Part shown: piece after piece, positions 1 to 9,804 of the stretch | Layout of the letters: every line of letters starts with the position of its first letter | Position numbering within the stretch: the first letter of the stretch is position 1 | Virus record (IMG/VR): IMGVR_UViG_3300002835_000001 | Location: 224,001 to 288,000 of that record | Origin: a virus | Lineage: Duplodnaviria > Caudoviricetes | Strand: one strand, 5' to 3' | DNA: 64,000 nucleotides | Program-made: the position numbers and the translations under genes | The notes under the pieces: generated by a model | What the model saw: only the letters and a program-made list of their open reading frames with translations | Databases searched by the model: none | What the model was told of the DNA's origin: nothing

Positions 1-15
1 TTCGTATCGGATATT

Positions 16-681
16 TTGTCTAATGGAGTAAATGGTATCTATAAAAAAATTAGACATACCTTAAAGAAAATACACAATAAAACAAGTCTTTTTCATATAG
101 ATCCAACACTACCATTTTCAAGTGTTGATTTACATCCATTTTATTTTAGACCAACATTATCTTGTGTAAATTCTATATTGACAACTCAAGATGAAATAAA
201 CAACAGGGTAATCATATTCAATAATATTATTTTAGCGTCTGGAATTGGTCCTAAAAGTGGGTTAGTTTATGATAAAACAAAAATGTCACCAGCAACCAAA
301 CCTATAACTAAAACTGTTACAAAATTAAGAGACACACCAAGTTCCGAACAAACTTTCTCATCTTTGAAATCGGATAAAATATTTTTGTTATCTCCAGAGT
401 CTAATCCCCCTGAAAAACAAATTGCGATAGATTTTTCTAAATTGGAAAAATATGAATTAAGTCAGGAAAATTACATGAATGACATTTTACCTCACACATA
501 TTCGTCAGTTAGAGGTGAAACCCTTATTAGACTTATTGAGTCCATAATTAATTTAATATTCAGTCACCAACACAATTTAGTCGGTCCTCCAGTACCGAGT
601 GACCCAAATTATATTAATTTAATGAAGTTAATGGAAACAATGAAACAAGATATTTTAAATAATTCAATTAGAATCAACTAA
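16..681 (+). CDS. Putative baseplate/spike-associated virion protein, probably 5'-truncated by the window
   Basis: ORF near window edge; C-terminal H-x-H (SHQHN) resembles the metal-binding apex of central spikes; weak. Confidence 0.3.
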   Translation: MSNGVNGIYKKIRHTLKKIHNKTSLFHIDPTLPFSSVDLHPFYFRPTLSCVNSILTTQDEINNRVIIFNNIILASGIGPKSGLVYDKTKMSPATKPITKTVTKLRDTPSSEQTFSSLKSDKIFLLSPESNPPEKQIAIDFSKLEKYELSQENYMNDILPHTYSSVRGETLIRLIESIINLIFSHQHNLVGPPVPSDPNYINLMKLMETMKQDILNNSIRIN

Positions 682-704
682 TTTGATATTTATTAATAAA
701 GAAG

Positions 705-2078
705 ATGTCATATTTCCGTTCATATTTTGAAAAAAACAACACGATAATCAAGAATTCTCAGGTAAACACGGCTAAAAACCCAACTACTGAGATTTTCTAT
801 GGTTCAGGATTTTCTAAATTTTTATTTAAAGTTAATCTTACAGATTTACAAGGTAAAATAAATAATGGTGATTTGGTTATTGACCAAAATACTAAACATT
901 ATTTAAAAATGACCAATACCATATTTGGTGACGAGGGATTAAAGGGTCAGAATAGAACCACTGGTAGAAATCGTGCAACTTCATTTAATCTAATAGTTTT
1001 TAAAATAAGTGAGTTTTGGGACGAAGGTTTAGGTTTTGATTACCAAGATAGTGAATATGACTTTACTGCAGGTAATAGTACATTTGATGAGAGACCATCT
1101 AACTGGTTTAATAAAACCACATTGAATCAATGGTCAAGTCAGGGTGTTTATAGTACCGACCCTGTTATTGTTACCACCGCCCATTTTGATAATGGTAATG
1201 AAAATTTAGATGTTGATATTACAAGTTATATAAATGGTATAATTTTATCGGGGAATACAAATCACGGGTTAGGAATTGCTTTTGAAGTAATATATCAAAA
1301 TATCACACCTGAAATTGACCAATCTGTGGCGTTTTTTACAAAATACACACAAACATTCTTTGAACCGTTTGTTGAATCTGTGTTTCAAGATAGAATAGAA
1401 GATAATAGACATAATTTTATTGAAAAACAAACACAGAATTTATACCTACATGTTACAAAGGGAACTAATTACTATGATTTAGATTCATTACCAACAGTTG
1501 ACATTACTGATAATAGTGGAACACCAATTAGTGGATTAACAGGACTTACAACAAATAAAATACGAAAAGGAATATATAAGGTTACATTTGGTTTACAAGG
1601 TGTCTTGTGTGACGGAAAAAGGTTCTATATTGATAAATGGAAAGGACTACTCCTTAATGGGGTGTCAATAAGTAACGTTAGTCAAAAATTTGTACCAAAA
1701 CCTTATACTGCCGGATTTACAATTGGTGAAAATCAAACAGAATTACAAAGATACGTTATTCAATTTTTCGGATTGAAACAAAATGAAAAAATATTAAGGG
1801 GAGAAAAAAGAAAAGTGGTTGTTACATTTAGGTCAATAAATGAACCAAAATCAGTTTTATTTGATGAAGTATTCTATAGAATTTTCATTAAAGAAGGTAG
1901 AACCGATGTTGTTGTTTACGACTGGACACAACTTGATGTAACAAACGAAAACTCATTTGTGTTTGACACTTCATTTATGATACCGAGAGAATATATGGTC
2001 GAAATAAAGGGAAAAACTCATACAGAGGAGATATTCTATAACGAAACAATAAAATTTGAGATAGTATCTGAAAAATAA
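705..2078 (+). CDS. Putative virion structural protein (beta-rich, DNRLRE-like N-terminal part)
   Basis: 457 aa; W-x-EG...NW...W pattern; TATTTAT motif at 687-693 upstream. Confidence 0.4.
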   Translation: MSYFRSYFEKNNTIIKNSQVNTAKNPTTEIFYGSGFSKFLFKVNLTDLQGKINNGDLVIDQNTKHYLKMTNTIFGDEGLKGQNRTTGRNRATSFNLIVFKISEFWDEGLGFDYQDSEYDFTAGNSTFDERPSNWFNKTTLNQWSSQGVYSTDPVIVTTAHFDNGNENLDVDITSYINGIILSGNTNHGLGIAFEVIYQNITPEIDQSVAFFTKYTQTFFEPFVESVFQDRIEDNRHNFIEKQTQNLYLHVTKGTNYYDLDSLPTVDITDNSGTPISGLTGLTTNKIRKGIYKVTFGLQGVLCDGKRFYIDKWKGLLLNGVSISNVSQKFVPKPYTAGFTIGENQTELQRYVIQFFGLKQNEKILRGEKRKVVVTFRSINEPKSVLFDEVFYRIFIKEGRTDVVVYDWTQLDVTNENSFVFDTSFMIPREYMVEIKGKTHTEEIFYNETIKFEIVSEK

Positions 2079-2092
2079 AACTATTTATTATT

Positions 2093-2548
2093 ATGAATAT
2101 AACTGAATTAATTAAGAAACATTTAAAAAAAGTGGTAAAGGAACAAGAATCACACATATCTGAAGACGGAACTTACATGGTTTTATCCAACTTAGTTCAA
2201 ATTAAGAATGATATCGAAAAGATATTGTCCTATAAACACCAATCTGATTTTCCAAAATTAGTTACGGGTGAACACGCGTGGGCGGGTGACCATATAACTA
2301 CATCTAAAGATGATATTGAAGAAGTGGCTAACTTTATTGATGGTTACTTTGAACAAAAGAATTTGTCAGAAGCGGAAAAAAAGAGTAATAAACTTTGTTC
2401 AAGAGGTTTATCTGCTGCAAAATCTAAATTTAAAGTTTATCCATCGGCATATGCGAATGGTTATGCTGTACAAGTTTGTAAAGGTAAAATAAAAGGATTA
2501 GATGGTAAAAAAAAATGTTCGGGTTCATATTGTAGCGGTAAAAAGTAA
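2093..2548 (+). CDS. Hypothetical protein with basic Cys-containing C-terminal module (YPSAYANG)
   Basis: 151 aa ORF; TATTTAT at 2082-2088; ITE/LSE motifs. Confidence 0.6.
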   Translation: MNITELIKKHLKKVVKEQESHISEDGTYMVLSNLVQIKNDIEKILSYKHQSDFPKLVTGEHAWAGDHITTSKDDIEEVANFIDGYFEQKNLSEAEKKSNKLCSRGLSAAKSKFKVYPSAYANGYAVQVCKGKIKGLDGKKKCSGSYCSGKK

Positions 2549-2551
2549 ATC

Positions 2552-3433
2552 ATGAAAATACACATAAACGAAGAAGATCTACAATACATTAAATTATCCA
2601 TCAATAATGGTGAGGTATTACAAGAAGATTTAGGTAGGTGGTTTAAAGAAAAATGGGTAGATGTAAGTAAAAAAGTTAATGGTAAACATCCACCTTGTGG
2701 ACGTAGTGATGCTGATGGTGAAAAAGGAAGGAAAGGATATCCAAAATGTAGACCATCAAAAAAAGTGTCAAAAGATACTCCTAAAGTTGCCTCTTCATAT
2801 GATAAAAAGGAAAAGAAGGCGATGACATCTCAAAAAAGAAGTGCAGAAAGAAAGGACCCTAAAATTGGAAAAGGTAATAAACCAACAATGACAAAATTTG
2901 ACGAACAACAAAATGTTGATGAAAGAAGTAGAAGTTTTGCGTTTACAAGAAAAAAAAGATTGTTTAGTCAACCAGAAAGAATGTCTAATCCTTTTAGATA
3001 TAAAGAATTTGATAGATTATCTGAAGGTGTAGAAAAAAGAACAATTATTCAAATATCTGAAGAACAATTTCAAAGACTTTTTGAATATAACGAAGATACG
3101 CCAGTTTTAATTTATGAAGATGAATCGGGTTCCGTTCAAAACACAAATTTTGAGTCGACCAATATGTTAAATGAGGCTGAATATCAAGGACGTAAAGTTC
3201 AACTTGGAAAAATCATGCAAGGTGATATTAAAAAGTTTAAAGTGTATGTCAAGAACGACAAGGGTAAGGTTGTTAAGGTAAATTTCGGTTTTGGTGGTAA
3301 ATCCGCTAAAGGTAAACGAATGGTTATCAAAAAGAATAACCCCGCAAGACGTAAGTCATTTAGAGCTCGTATGAATTGTGATAATCCAGGTCCTCGTTGG
3401 AAACCAAGATATTGGGCTTGTCGTACTTGGTAA
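2552..3433 (+). CDS. Hypothetical modular basic protein, possibly internal head/DNA-binding
   Basis: 293 aa; two Lys/Arg/Cys-rich modules (RWFKEKWVD..CGR..KCRP; FKVYVKN..SFRARMNC..YWAC) separated by I/L-x-E motifs. Confidence 0.6.
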   Translation: MKIHINEEDLQYIKLSINNGEVLQEDLGRWFKEKWVDVSKKVNGKHPPCGRSDADGEKGRKGYPKCRPSKKVSKDTPKVASSYDKKEKKAMTSQKRSAERKDPKIGKGNKPTMTKFDEQQNVDERSRSFAFTRKKRLFSQPERMSNPFRYKEFDRLSEGVEKRTIIQISEEQFQRLFEYNEDTPVLIYEDESGSVQNTNFESTNMLNEAEYQGRKVQLGKIMQGDIKKFKVYVKNDKGKVVKVNFGFGGKSAKGKRMVIKKNNPARRKSFRARMNCDNPGPRWKPRYWACRTW

Positions 3434-3444
3434 AATTTTAACTT

Positions 3445-3720
3445 ATGAAATACATTATAACCGAGGAACAGAAAAGAACGATTATAAATAAAAGTGATTG
3501 GAAAGAGGGTAATAATAAACTTACCAAAACATATCACTTCAAAAACTACAAAGAAGTTATACCATTTGTTAATTCAGTTATGAAAATCGCAGATAAACAA
3601 AATCATCATCCTGATATAATCGTTCATTACGATAATGTGAAATTATCTATTACTGACCACGATAAAGGTGGTGTATCTGAAAAATGTCATAAATTCACAG
3701 GTGCCGTAGATAAAATATAA
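3445..3720 (+). CDS. Pterin-4-alpha-carbinolamine dehydratase (PCD/PhhB family)
   Basis: K-T-Y-x-F-x-N-Y, NHHPDI and I-T-D-H-D-x-GG-V motifs. Confidence 0.85.
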   Translation: MKYIITEEQKRTIINKSDWKEGNNKLTKTYHFKNYKEVIPFVNSVMKIADKQNHHPDIIVHYDNVKLSITDHDKGGVSEKCHKFTGAVDKI

Positions 3721-3727
3721 AATTTTA

Positions 3728-4501
3728 ATGAACTTACAAGAGAACATACAAAGGATTAGAGAAATGATGATTTCGGAAGAGATGGTACAATCTGATGCTT
3801 GGAAATCTTTAAAGAAAACATTGGATGTTCTTAAAAATAAGAAAAAAGTTTTACTATTAAGTTGTTCTAATAGACATAATTGGGACAAAAATAATATTGA
3901 TATACCAAAATCTAAAATGATTGCAATGTATCTTAATGATGAATTGGGTGATAAGTCAACATTAATAGACGTACCTGAACTTAAGATATTTCCATGTGAA
4001 GGTAACGTATCAAGAAAAGACGGAGATTCATGTGGAGTATTAAAATCCAAACTTGAAGACAAGGATAAAAATCCTTCAGGTCATCACAGATGTTGGGCGA
4101 GTATCAATAACAAATCAGATGAACTTTGGAAAATATCCAAAGAACTATTTGAATCAGATTCGGTTATATTTTTTAGTTCAATAAGGTGGGGACAAACAAA
4201 TATGTATTATCAAAATCTAATTGAAAGACTTAATTGGGTTGAAAATAGACATACGGTACATAATGAGTCTAACATAGTAAAAGATATCGAATCTGGATAC
4301 ATTTGTACTGGACATAATTGGAATGGAAGTAACGTTGTTGATTTACAAAAACAAGTTCATTCATTTTATGGTTTCAAACCAAACGATGATATATATTGGA
4401 ACTGGCAGTATACTAAAGATATTAACGATGAAAGTCAAAAATCATATAAAGATTCTTACAAAAAATTTATAAAGGATACTAAAATACCTGATTCTCAATA
4501 A
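3728..4501 (+). CDS. Flavodoxin-fold protein (iron-sulfur flavoprotein / NADPH-dependent FMN reductase-like)
   Basis: LLLSCSNR N-terminal loop, IFPCEG..C..RCW, SDSVIFFSSIRWG, LIERL. Confidence 0.7.
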   Translation: MNLQENIQRIREMMISEEMVQSDAWKSLKKTLDVLKNKKKVLLLSCSNRHNWDKNNIDIPKSKMIAMYLNDELGDKSTLIDVPELKIFPCEGNVSRKDGDSCGVLKSKLEDKDKNPSGHHRCWASINNKSDELWKISKELFESDSVIFFSSIRWGQTNMYYQNLIERLNWVENRHTVHNESNIVKDIESGYICTGHNWNGSNVVDLQKQVHSFYGFKPNDDIYWNWQYTKDINDESQKSYKDSYKKFIKDTKIPDSQ

Positions 4502-4935
4502 TAAATAAGATTAACCCCACACTCATTTAAAAGTTGTTTAGCCTTACTTTGGGATTCATCCCACTTTTCTTTATTTTTAGTAGTACAGACTTCCTTACAA
4601 TATACCGTCTTTATACCGGAATTAACAATTCCTCTGGCACAATCCATACAAGGTAATCCCGATGTTAAGTAGATTGTTGAGTTTTTCAACGATACACCTT
4701 CTAATGCCGCATTATAAATTGCATTACGTTCGGCATGTTCCATCCAGAAGTATTTTTCGGGTCTTTCCTGACGTTCTTGTAATGAATCGTCTAAACCCCT
4801 TGGGAATGAATTATAACCCGTAGAAAGGACGTTATTACCCTCACCGACTACAACGGCACCTATCTGTGTAGATTGGTCCTTAGATTTGAGTTTTACCACC
4901 TCAGCAATCTGTAAAAAATACTCTATCCAATTCAT
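4495..4935 (-). CDS. dCMP deaminase
   Basis: S-K-D..GAVVV..STGYN, HAERNAI, PCMDCARGIV zinc motifs. Confidence 0.92.
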   Translation of the reverse strand: MNWIEYFLQIAEVVKLKSKDQSTQIGAVVVGEGNNVLSTGYNSFPRGLDDSLQERQERPEKYFWMEHAERNAIYNAALEGVSLKNSTIYLTSGLPCMDCARGIVNSGIKTVYCKEVCTTKNKEKWDESQSKAKQLLNECGVNLIYY

Positions 4936-4936
4936 A

Positions 4937-5251
4937 TTAAATTAATTTTTGTTTCACCCAATAATATAACATACCGGTTGCGTACCTGTGTAAGTTTTTT
5001 GCTTCTTTCTTTAAAATTAAGTTCCCAAGTTGTATTAAATGTGAACGATTATATAAATCTACACTAACAATAAACCCTCCATCGGATTTTTCATACGTTG
5101 TCTCTTTCATTGGTGGAATATACTTTCCCTCATCGTCGAGTTTCAACGTCCTAATCATTTCGGTCTTATTCATCTTACATTCTATACCTCTAGAATGTAT
5201 CATTTTTTCTAAGACATCTAACCTTAATTTAGTGTAGTCCACTTCACTCAT
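4937..5251 (-). CDS. Hypothetical protein; probable start 5251 (MSEVDY)
   Basis: The ORF-track extension to 5329 overlaps the MCP terminator; minus-strand TATATTTG promoter at 5256-5263. Confidence 0.6.
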   Translation of the reverse strand: MSEVDYTKLRLDVLEKMIHSRGIECKMNKTEMIRTLKLDDEGKYIPPMKETTYEKSDGGFIVSVDLYNRSHLIQLGNLILKKEAKNLHRYATGMLYYWVKQKLI

Positions 5252-5290
5252 AATGCAAATATAACTAATTTTTTGGAATATTCCAATAAC

Positions 5291-5321
5291 AAAAAACCCC
5301 CGAATTTCTTCGAGGGTTTTT
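5291..5321. terminator. Intrinsic terminator downstream of the major capsid gene
   Basis: A6-CCC-CCGAA-tttc-TTCGA-GGG-T5 hairpin. Confidence 0.75.
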
Positions 5322-5340
5322 ATATTCAATCCTATTAAGA

Positions 5341-7071
5341 TTATCTTAATGTATCCAAAGAGAATGTAGTGATACCTTTCACGTCGATTACACCAAAGTA
5401 ACGGTTGTTTACCATTTTCTTTGCGTAACGTGTCATGATTCCTTTGATAGGAGTCATTGTGAACGGATTGTACATTGTTGGAGTTAATTGTAAAGGTACA
5501 TATGGAGCGTAGATGTAACCAGCGTCCAATAGTGATTTACCTTTGTGACCAATTAAGATCTTGCTAGCTGGGAAGTAAGGATCACGATATACTTGATATC
5601 TTCCAGCAAGAGAACCGATTTTCTCGATACCCATGTTGTATGAATCTTGCTCAGGAGCTGCGTTAGATACGTGGAAATATTCTAAATCATCGAATACTGC
5701 AGAAACTTCTGAAGAAACAACGATCCAGTTAGCACCACCTCTTAATGTAGTCTTATGGATTTGAGCTGAAATTTGGTTAACCTTAGTTACCAAAGTTTGG
5801 TTCCAATCTTTTTGAGTGTAACCTTGTAATGTAGCACCTGATGCTCCACCGTATTTCCACTCATTGTAATCCCACTTAGCTTTCCAAGCTGCACCTTTAC
5901 GTAAATCACGTAAAATTTCACGGTCAACTTCTGCTGCAATTTGCTCAGATAATAAAGCTGTTAATTCAGCTTCAGCATCGATGTTGTGGAATGCACTAAC
6001 GTCTTGAGCCAATTCAGGAGACCATGTAGCTCTTAATTTTCTTTCAGTTACAGAAACTGTTACTGATTGTAAATCGAAAGAAACTTCACCAATTTGATCT
6101 TCAAATTCTAAAGTATCATAAGTTCTGAAAGTTAATGTGAAATCACCGATAGTTGTACCTGTAGGTAATGTGATGTTAGAGAAACCAGATGTTGCACTGT
6201 AGTTCTGCATATCAACACTTACGTAGATAACTCCATCAGCATCACAGATATCATTGTAGTTACCTGAAGGGTAGTTAGTAGAAGATGCAGTTGAACCATA
6301 TTCAACAATACCTTTACCATACTTCTGAGTAACAACGTTGAAGTTCTTAGAGTCAGTTAAGTATTTAACTTCAGCTGATGCTAAAAATTCTTCAGTATCC
6401 ATTGCGTTACCATTTGGTCCGATTAATTTACCTTGACCATCTTTTGCAAATCCTGTAAATTTCAAGATTAAAGATGATTGTGCGTTTGATGAACCAGTAA
6501 CACCAGAAACTGCAATTGCAGAAACTGAACCATTACTGAAAGTAACAGCAGAAACAGCGGTTAAAGTTACAGCTGAATATTGACCTTTTGAGTAATCAAA
6601 AAGACCTGTATCAGGACTGTTACCATCACCTGCTTCGTAGAATCTGTCATATAAGTTACCACCTGTGTAACCAGTTGCGGCGCTTCCACCAGCACCTGGC
6701 ATACCATATGGAGAATAGTGACCTGCTCCGTTTCTTTCCTGAATTTTAGGAATGAAGAAGAATAATTTACCAATTGGTAAGTTCATAGCTTGTACTGACA
6801 CGATGTCGTTAGCTAATAATTTAGAGAATACACGACGAATGATTGGGAAAACCACAGTCTCGAATGAACCAGACGCATCAGCTACTGCTGCTTCGTTGAT
6901 TAAATAAGACGCTTGGTTTTCATATAATTGCGCGATGTTATCTTTTTGGTGACCGTCAAGACCTTCTAAAAAGCCTAAGTCATCCCATTTTCTGATGGTA
7001 TCTTCTTTGATAACACGAAGGTGCTTAAGACCGATGTTACCTACCATACCTGATTCTAATAATGCTCCCAT
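5341..7071 (-). CDS. Major capsid protein, T4 gp23-like
   Basis: PIIRRVF..LANDIVSVQAMNLP, RKLRATWSPELAQD..AFHNIDAEAEL, YAPYVPL, P-x-KGIMTRYA motifs. Confidence 0.97.
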   Translation of the reverse strand: MGALLESGMVGNIGLKHLRVIKEDTIRKWDDLGFLEGLDGHQKDNIAQLYENQASYLINEAAVADASGSFETVVFPIIRRVFSKLLANDIVSVQAMNLPIGKLFFFIPKIQERNGAGHYSPYGMPGAGGSAATGYTGGNLYDRFYEAGDGNSPDTGLFDYSKGQYSAVTLTAVSAVTFSNGSVSAIAVSGVTGSSNAQSSLILKFTGFAKDGQGKLIGPNGNAMDTEEFLASAEVKYLTDSKNFNVVTQKYGKGIVEYGSTASSTNYPSGNYNDICDADGVIYVSVDMQNYSATSGFSNITLPTGTTIGDFTLTFRTYDTLEFEDQIGEVSFDLQSVTVSVTERKLRATWSPELAQDVSAFHNIDAEAELTALLSEQIAAEVDREILRDLRKGAAWKAKWDYNEWKYGGASGATLQGYTQKDWNQTLVTKVNQISAQIHKTTLRGGANWIVVSSEVSAVFDDLEYFHVSNAAPEQDSYNMGIEKIGSLAGRYQVYRDPYFPASKILIGHKGKSLLDAGYIYAPYVPLQLTPTMYNPFTMTPIKGIMTRYAKKMVNNRYFGVIDVKGITTFSLDTLR

Positions 7072-7102
7072 TTTGTATGTTTTTGTTTTTTTGTTTAATT
7101 TA

Positions 7103-8278
7103 TTATTTTATTTTTCCCATTAAATCTTTCATTCTTCTGAATTGTGGATTCTCATAAGCTTTAGCTTCTGATAACACTTCTTGAGATGATGATGTAGATG
7201 GGGTGTTAGAGATTTTTCCAACTACTGACTCGGTAACTGTTGTTTTTGTACCTAATTCAGATTTGATTGTGTTGAATAAACCTTTAGATTCATTCATCGT
7301 TGAAACTGAATCAAATCTCTTTAATATGTTCAATTTCTCTTGTTTAGTAGTAGAGTGTTCAGTAAATAAACGTGTAGCGTAAGCTAAGTTTGCATTAAAC
7401 ACAGCAACTTCGTTAAGTTTGTCTTTGAATAAAACTAAAGCCTTCTTGTATTCAGAATTTTGTTTCTTTAACTTTTCAACTTCTTCGTTCATTTCGTGAC
7501 GACCAGTCTTGTATTTTGTTTTTTGAGATGGTCCCCTAACTCCCGTTCCAAATGTTCTTGCTGCTTCAGTAGCTTCGATTTCCATCTCATCACCTTCAGC
7601 AACTTCTTCTTCATCTTCTTCTTCATCAATCTCAATTTCGTAAATTGTTTCTTCCTCATCAGTTTCCATATCATCACCCATCATATCCATTTCTGAAAAT
7701 TCATCTTCTTCAGTACCGAATTCGGGTTCAGCATTAAACTCAGAGTCAGATTCCATTTCATCATCAAGTTTGATAATATAATCGTCTTCTCCGTCACCAA
7801 ACTCAATGTTATTTCCGTCTTTCTTAACTACAATACCATCTTCTGGTTTCATCGCTTTGAAAACTTTTAATACTTCATCATCTGAAGCACCGGTCATATC
7901 CATTACGTCCTCATCTTCAGAACCTTCTTCTGCTGGTGGTAAAGCGAGATCTTCATCTCCTTCTTCATCATCTTCAGAATCTAATCCTTCAATGTCTTTG
8001 TTTGGTTCGTTATCGAGGTCTGTATCATTTTCAGAGTCGTCTGCTGTTGCATCGTCATCTGACATATCGTCTTCCTCTTCTTCAGGATCAACTTCATCCT
8101 CAGGTTGTTCACCCATCGGCATTTTAGTTTCATCCTCTTCTTCCAATGATTCTTTAAGCAAGTCATTCAGTTCTTGTTTCATGGTTGAAGCAAGTATACC
8201 CTTTGCATTTTGCTTTACTGCTTCTTCAAGTGTTTGTACTTGAAGTAACGCTTGTTCTAAAATTGATTTTTCAGTCAT
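7103..8278 (-). CDS. Prohead core/scaffold protein, gp22-like
   Basis: Highly acidic, C-terminal coiled coil, many L/I-x-E sites, lies between protease and MCP. Confidence 0.75.
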   Translation of the reverse strand: MTEKSILEQALLQVQTLEEAVKQNAKGILASTMKQELNDLLKESLEEEDETKMPMGEQPEDEVDPEEEEDDMSDDDATADDSENDTDLDNEPNKDIEGLDSEDDEEGDEDLALPPAEEGSEDEDVMDMTGASDDEVLKVFKAMKPEDGIVVKKDGNNIEFGDGEDDYIIKLDDEMESDSEFNAEPEFGTEEDEFSEMDMMGDDMETDEEETIYEIEIDEEEDEEEVAEGDEMEIEATEAARTFGTGVRGPSQKTKYKTGRHEMNEEVEKLKKQNSEYKKALVLFKDKLNEVAVFNANLAYATRLFTEHSTTKQEKLNILKRFDSVSTMNESKGLFNTIKSELGTKTTVTESVVGKISNTPSTSSSQEVLSEAKAYENPQFRRMKDLMGKIK

Positions 8279-8363
8279 TGTGAAATTTTGTTTTATTATC
8301 TAATAAATAGTACGACTTTAATAAAAAGTCTTATTTTTAATATTTGTATCCCTATAAAATTGG

Positions 8364-9047
8364 TTATTTACTCAAAAAAGTATCTAATTTTCCCATAAGT
8401 TTGGACATTCTATCATCAACCGCGGGTTTTTTAATTTCTGATTCTTGATATTGGTCCCTATCTGAGGGGTCACTAAAAATGTATGCACCTGGAGTTGATG
8501 GGGATGACACTAAATCAAAACATACCAATTCAAAGTCATCCTGAACAATGTTTTGACCTTTAATGTTTTTTAAGGAACCAACACCACGAGAGGATATACC
8601 CAAAGTAGCTCCGTTCATAATTAACATAGCCGCTTGGTCACCCTTAGTGGATACAATACCCATCTTCTTCCATCCTGGCGAAGTGAATAATTTTATTTTA
8701 CCCATAAGGATTTTTCCGTCCCAATAAGTTTCAAGAATTGAATGAGAAACTCTATCTAAATCGATAAGAGATGATGAAGGGTGATTAAGTTCGTTTAATG
8801 CTCCTCCCTTCTTAATAAGTGATTGGTATTTTTCGTTTTCTCTTTTAAGTAACATCTCAGGATAAATCCTTCCGTTCTTATTTGGAGTGTCGTATTTTTG
8901 TAAAACGGCATAAAGGATAAGGTCTTGTGAAAAGTCCATATCCCTCATTTCCGAAATAATTTTCTTGTTTTGTTCGGGAGAAACATGACCTGCGTCATAT
9001 TCTATTAAAATTCCTCTACCCGTTTCGTTTGGTCCTAATATCTTCAT
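8364..9047 (-). CDS. Prohead protease, T4 gp21-like
   Basis: NKNGRIYP, GELNHP-like ELNHP, LGISSRGVGS, FDLVSSPSTPGAY. Confidence 0.95.
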   Translation of the reverse strand: MKILGPNETGRGILIEYDAGHVSPEQNKKIISEMRDMDFSQDLILYAVLQKYDTPNKNGRIYPEMLLKRENEKYQSLIKKGGALNELNHPSSSLIDLDRVSHSILETYWDGKILMGKIKLFTSPGWKKMGIVSTKGDQAAMLIMNGATLGISSRGVGSLKNIKGQNIVQDDFELVCFDLVSSPSTPGAYIFSDPSDRDQYQESEIKKPAVDDRMSKLMGKLDTFLSK

Positions 9048-9085
9048 TTATAGATTTTATTACTATAAATACATCAATACCAAGG

Positions 9086-9511
9086 TTATTTCTTGCTTTT
9101 GTAAAAATTGAATAGTTTTTTATCAATTAAACCATCCTCAACAACGGATTCGGTCAAATCTGTGATAAATGTTTTTATTTCCTTTGATCTAATATCGAAT
9201 TGCTTTTCAACATATAAAGTTATTTCTAAATTCATAAAAGACTTTTTTTCAATCTTAATTCCTTTGGTTCTTATATCTAAATCAACAATTGATTGTTGTT
9301 TAAAACTTGAATTGTTTAAATTATAAATTAATTCTTTTATTTTTCTTCTTGATTTTGAAATTAGATAGTCATAATCGTCAGTTTCATTTTCTGGTTGCAA
9401 CCAAGAATTTAATTTTACATAAATAGTTTTAAGATTTTTAAAGTCTACTGTACCATAACCATACTTTACATTGTTGTAAGTCCCTAATGGGATATACTTA
9501 CCTGTTTTCAT
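9086..9511 (-). CDS. Hypothetical protein in head module
   Basis: 141 aa ORF co-oriented with head genes. Confidence 0.65.
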   Translation of the reverse strand: MKTGKYIPLGTYNNVKYGYGTVDFKNLKTIYVKLNSWLQPENETDDYDYLISKSRRKIKELIYNLNNSSFKQQSIVDLDIRTKGIKIEKKSFMNLEITLYVEKQFDIRSKEIKTFITDLTESVVEDGLIDKKLFNFYKSKK

Positions 9512-9587
9512 TAATTTTATTCATTATCTTTATTTTATGGTGTTATTAAAATATATGAAAAAAATGTTGTAAATCCAAAATATTTTA

Positions 9588-9595
9588 TATATTTG
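9588..9595 (+). promoter_or_regulatory. Bacteroidota-type -7 promoter element upstream of bS21
   Basis: TATATTTG matches TAnnTTTG. Confidence 0.65.
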
Positions 9596-9612
9596 TGGTA
9601 TAATTATATATT

Positions 9613-9804
9613 ATGATAATAATTGACGTAACAAAAGAACGTAGTATCGAAACAGCATTAAGAACCTATAAGAATAGAGTTCAAAAAACTAAGCAAATTC
9701 AAAAATTGAGGGAAAGGAAGGAATTTGTTAAACCTTCAGTCACTAAAAGGAAGGAAGTTTTAAAAGCGGTATATGTTCAACAAATAAAAAATGGTCTTAA
9801 TTAA
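9613..9804 (+). CDS. rpsU: Ribosomal protein bS21
   Basis: 63 aa; IETALRTYK, LRERKEFVKPSV..R, KAVY; Bacteroidota-type. Confidence 0.93.
   Translation: MIIIDVTKERSIETALRTYKNRVQKTKQIQKLRERKEFVKPSVTKRKEVLKAVYVQQIKNGLN

Noticed and set aside
7496-8243. Antisense ORFs over the scaffold gene, and similar shadows at 10610, 16738, 19189, 33267 and 43784
   Set aside because: They are Ser/Phe-rich mirror translations of acidic or well-supported genes.
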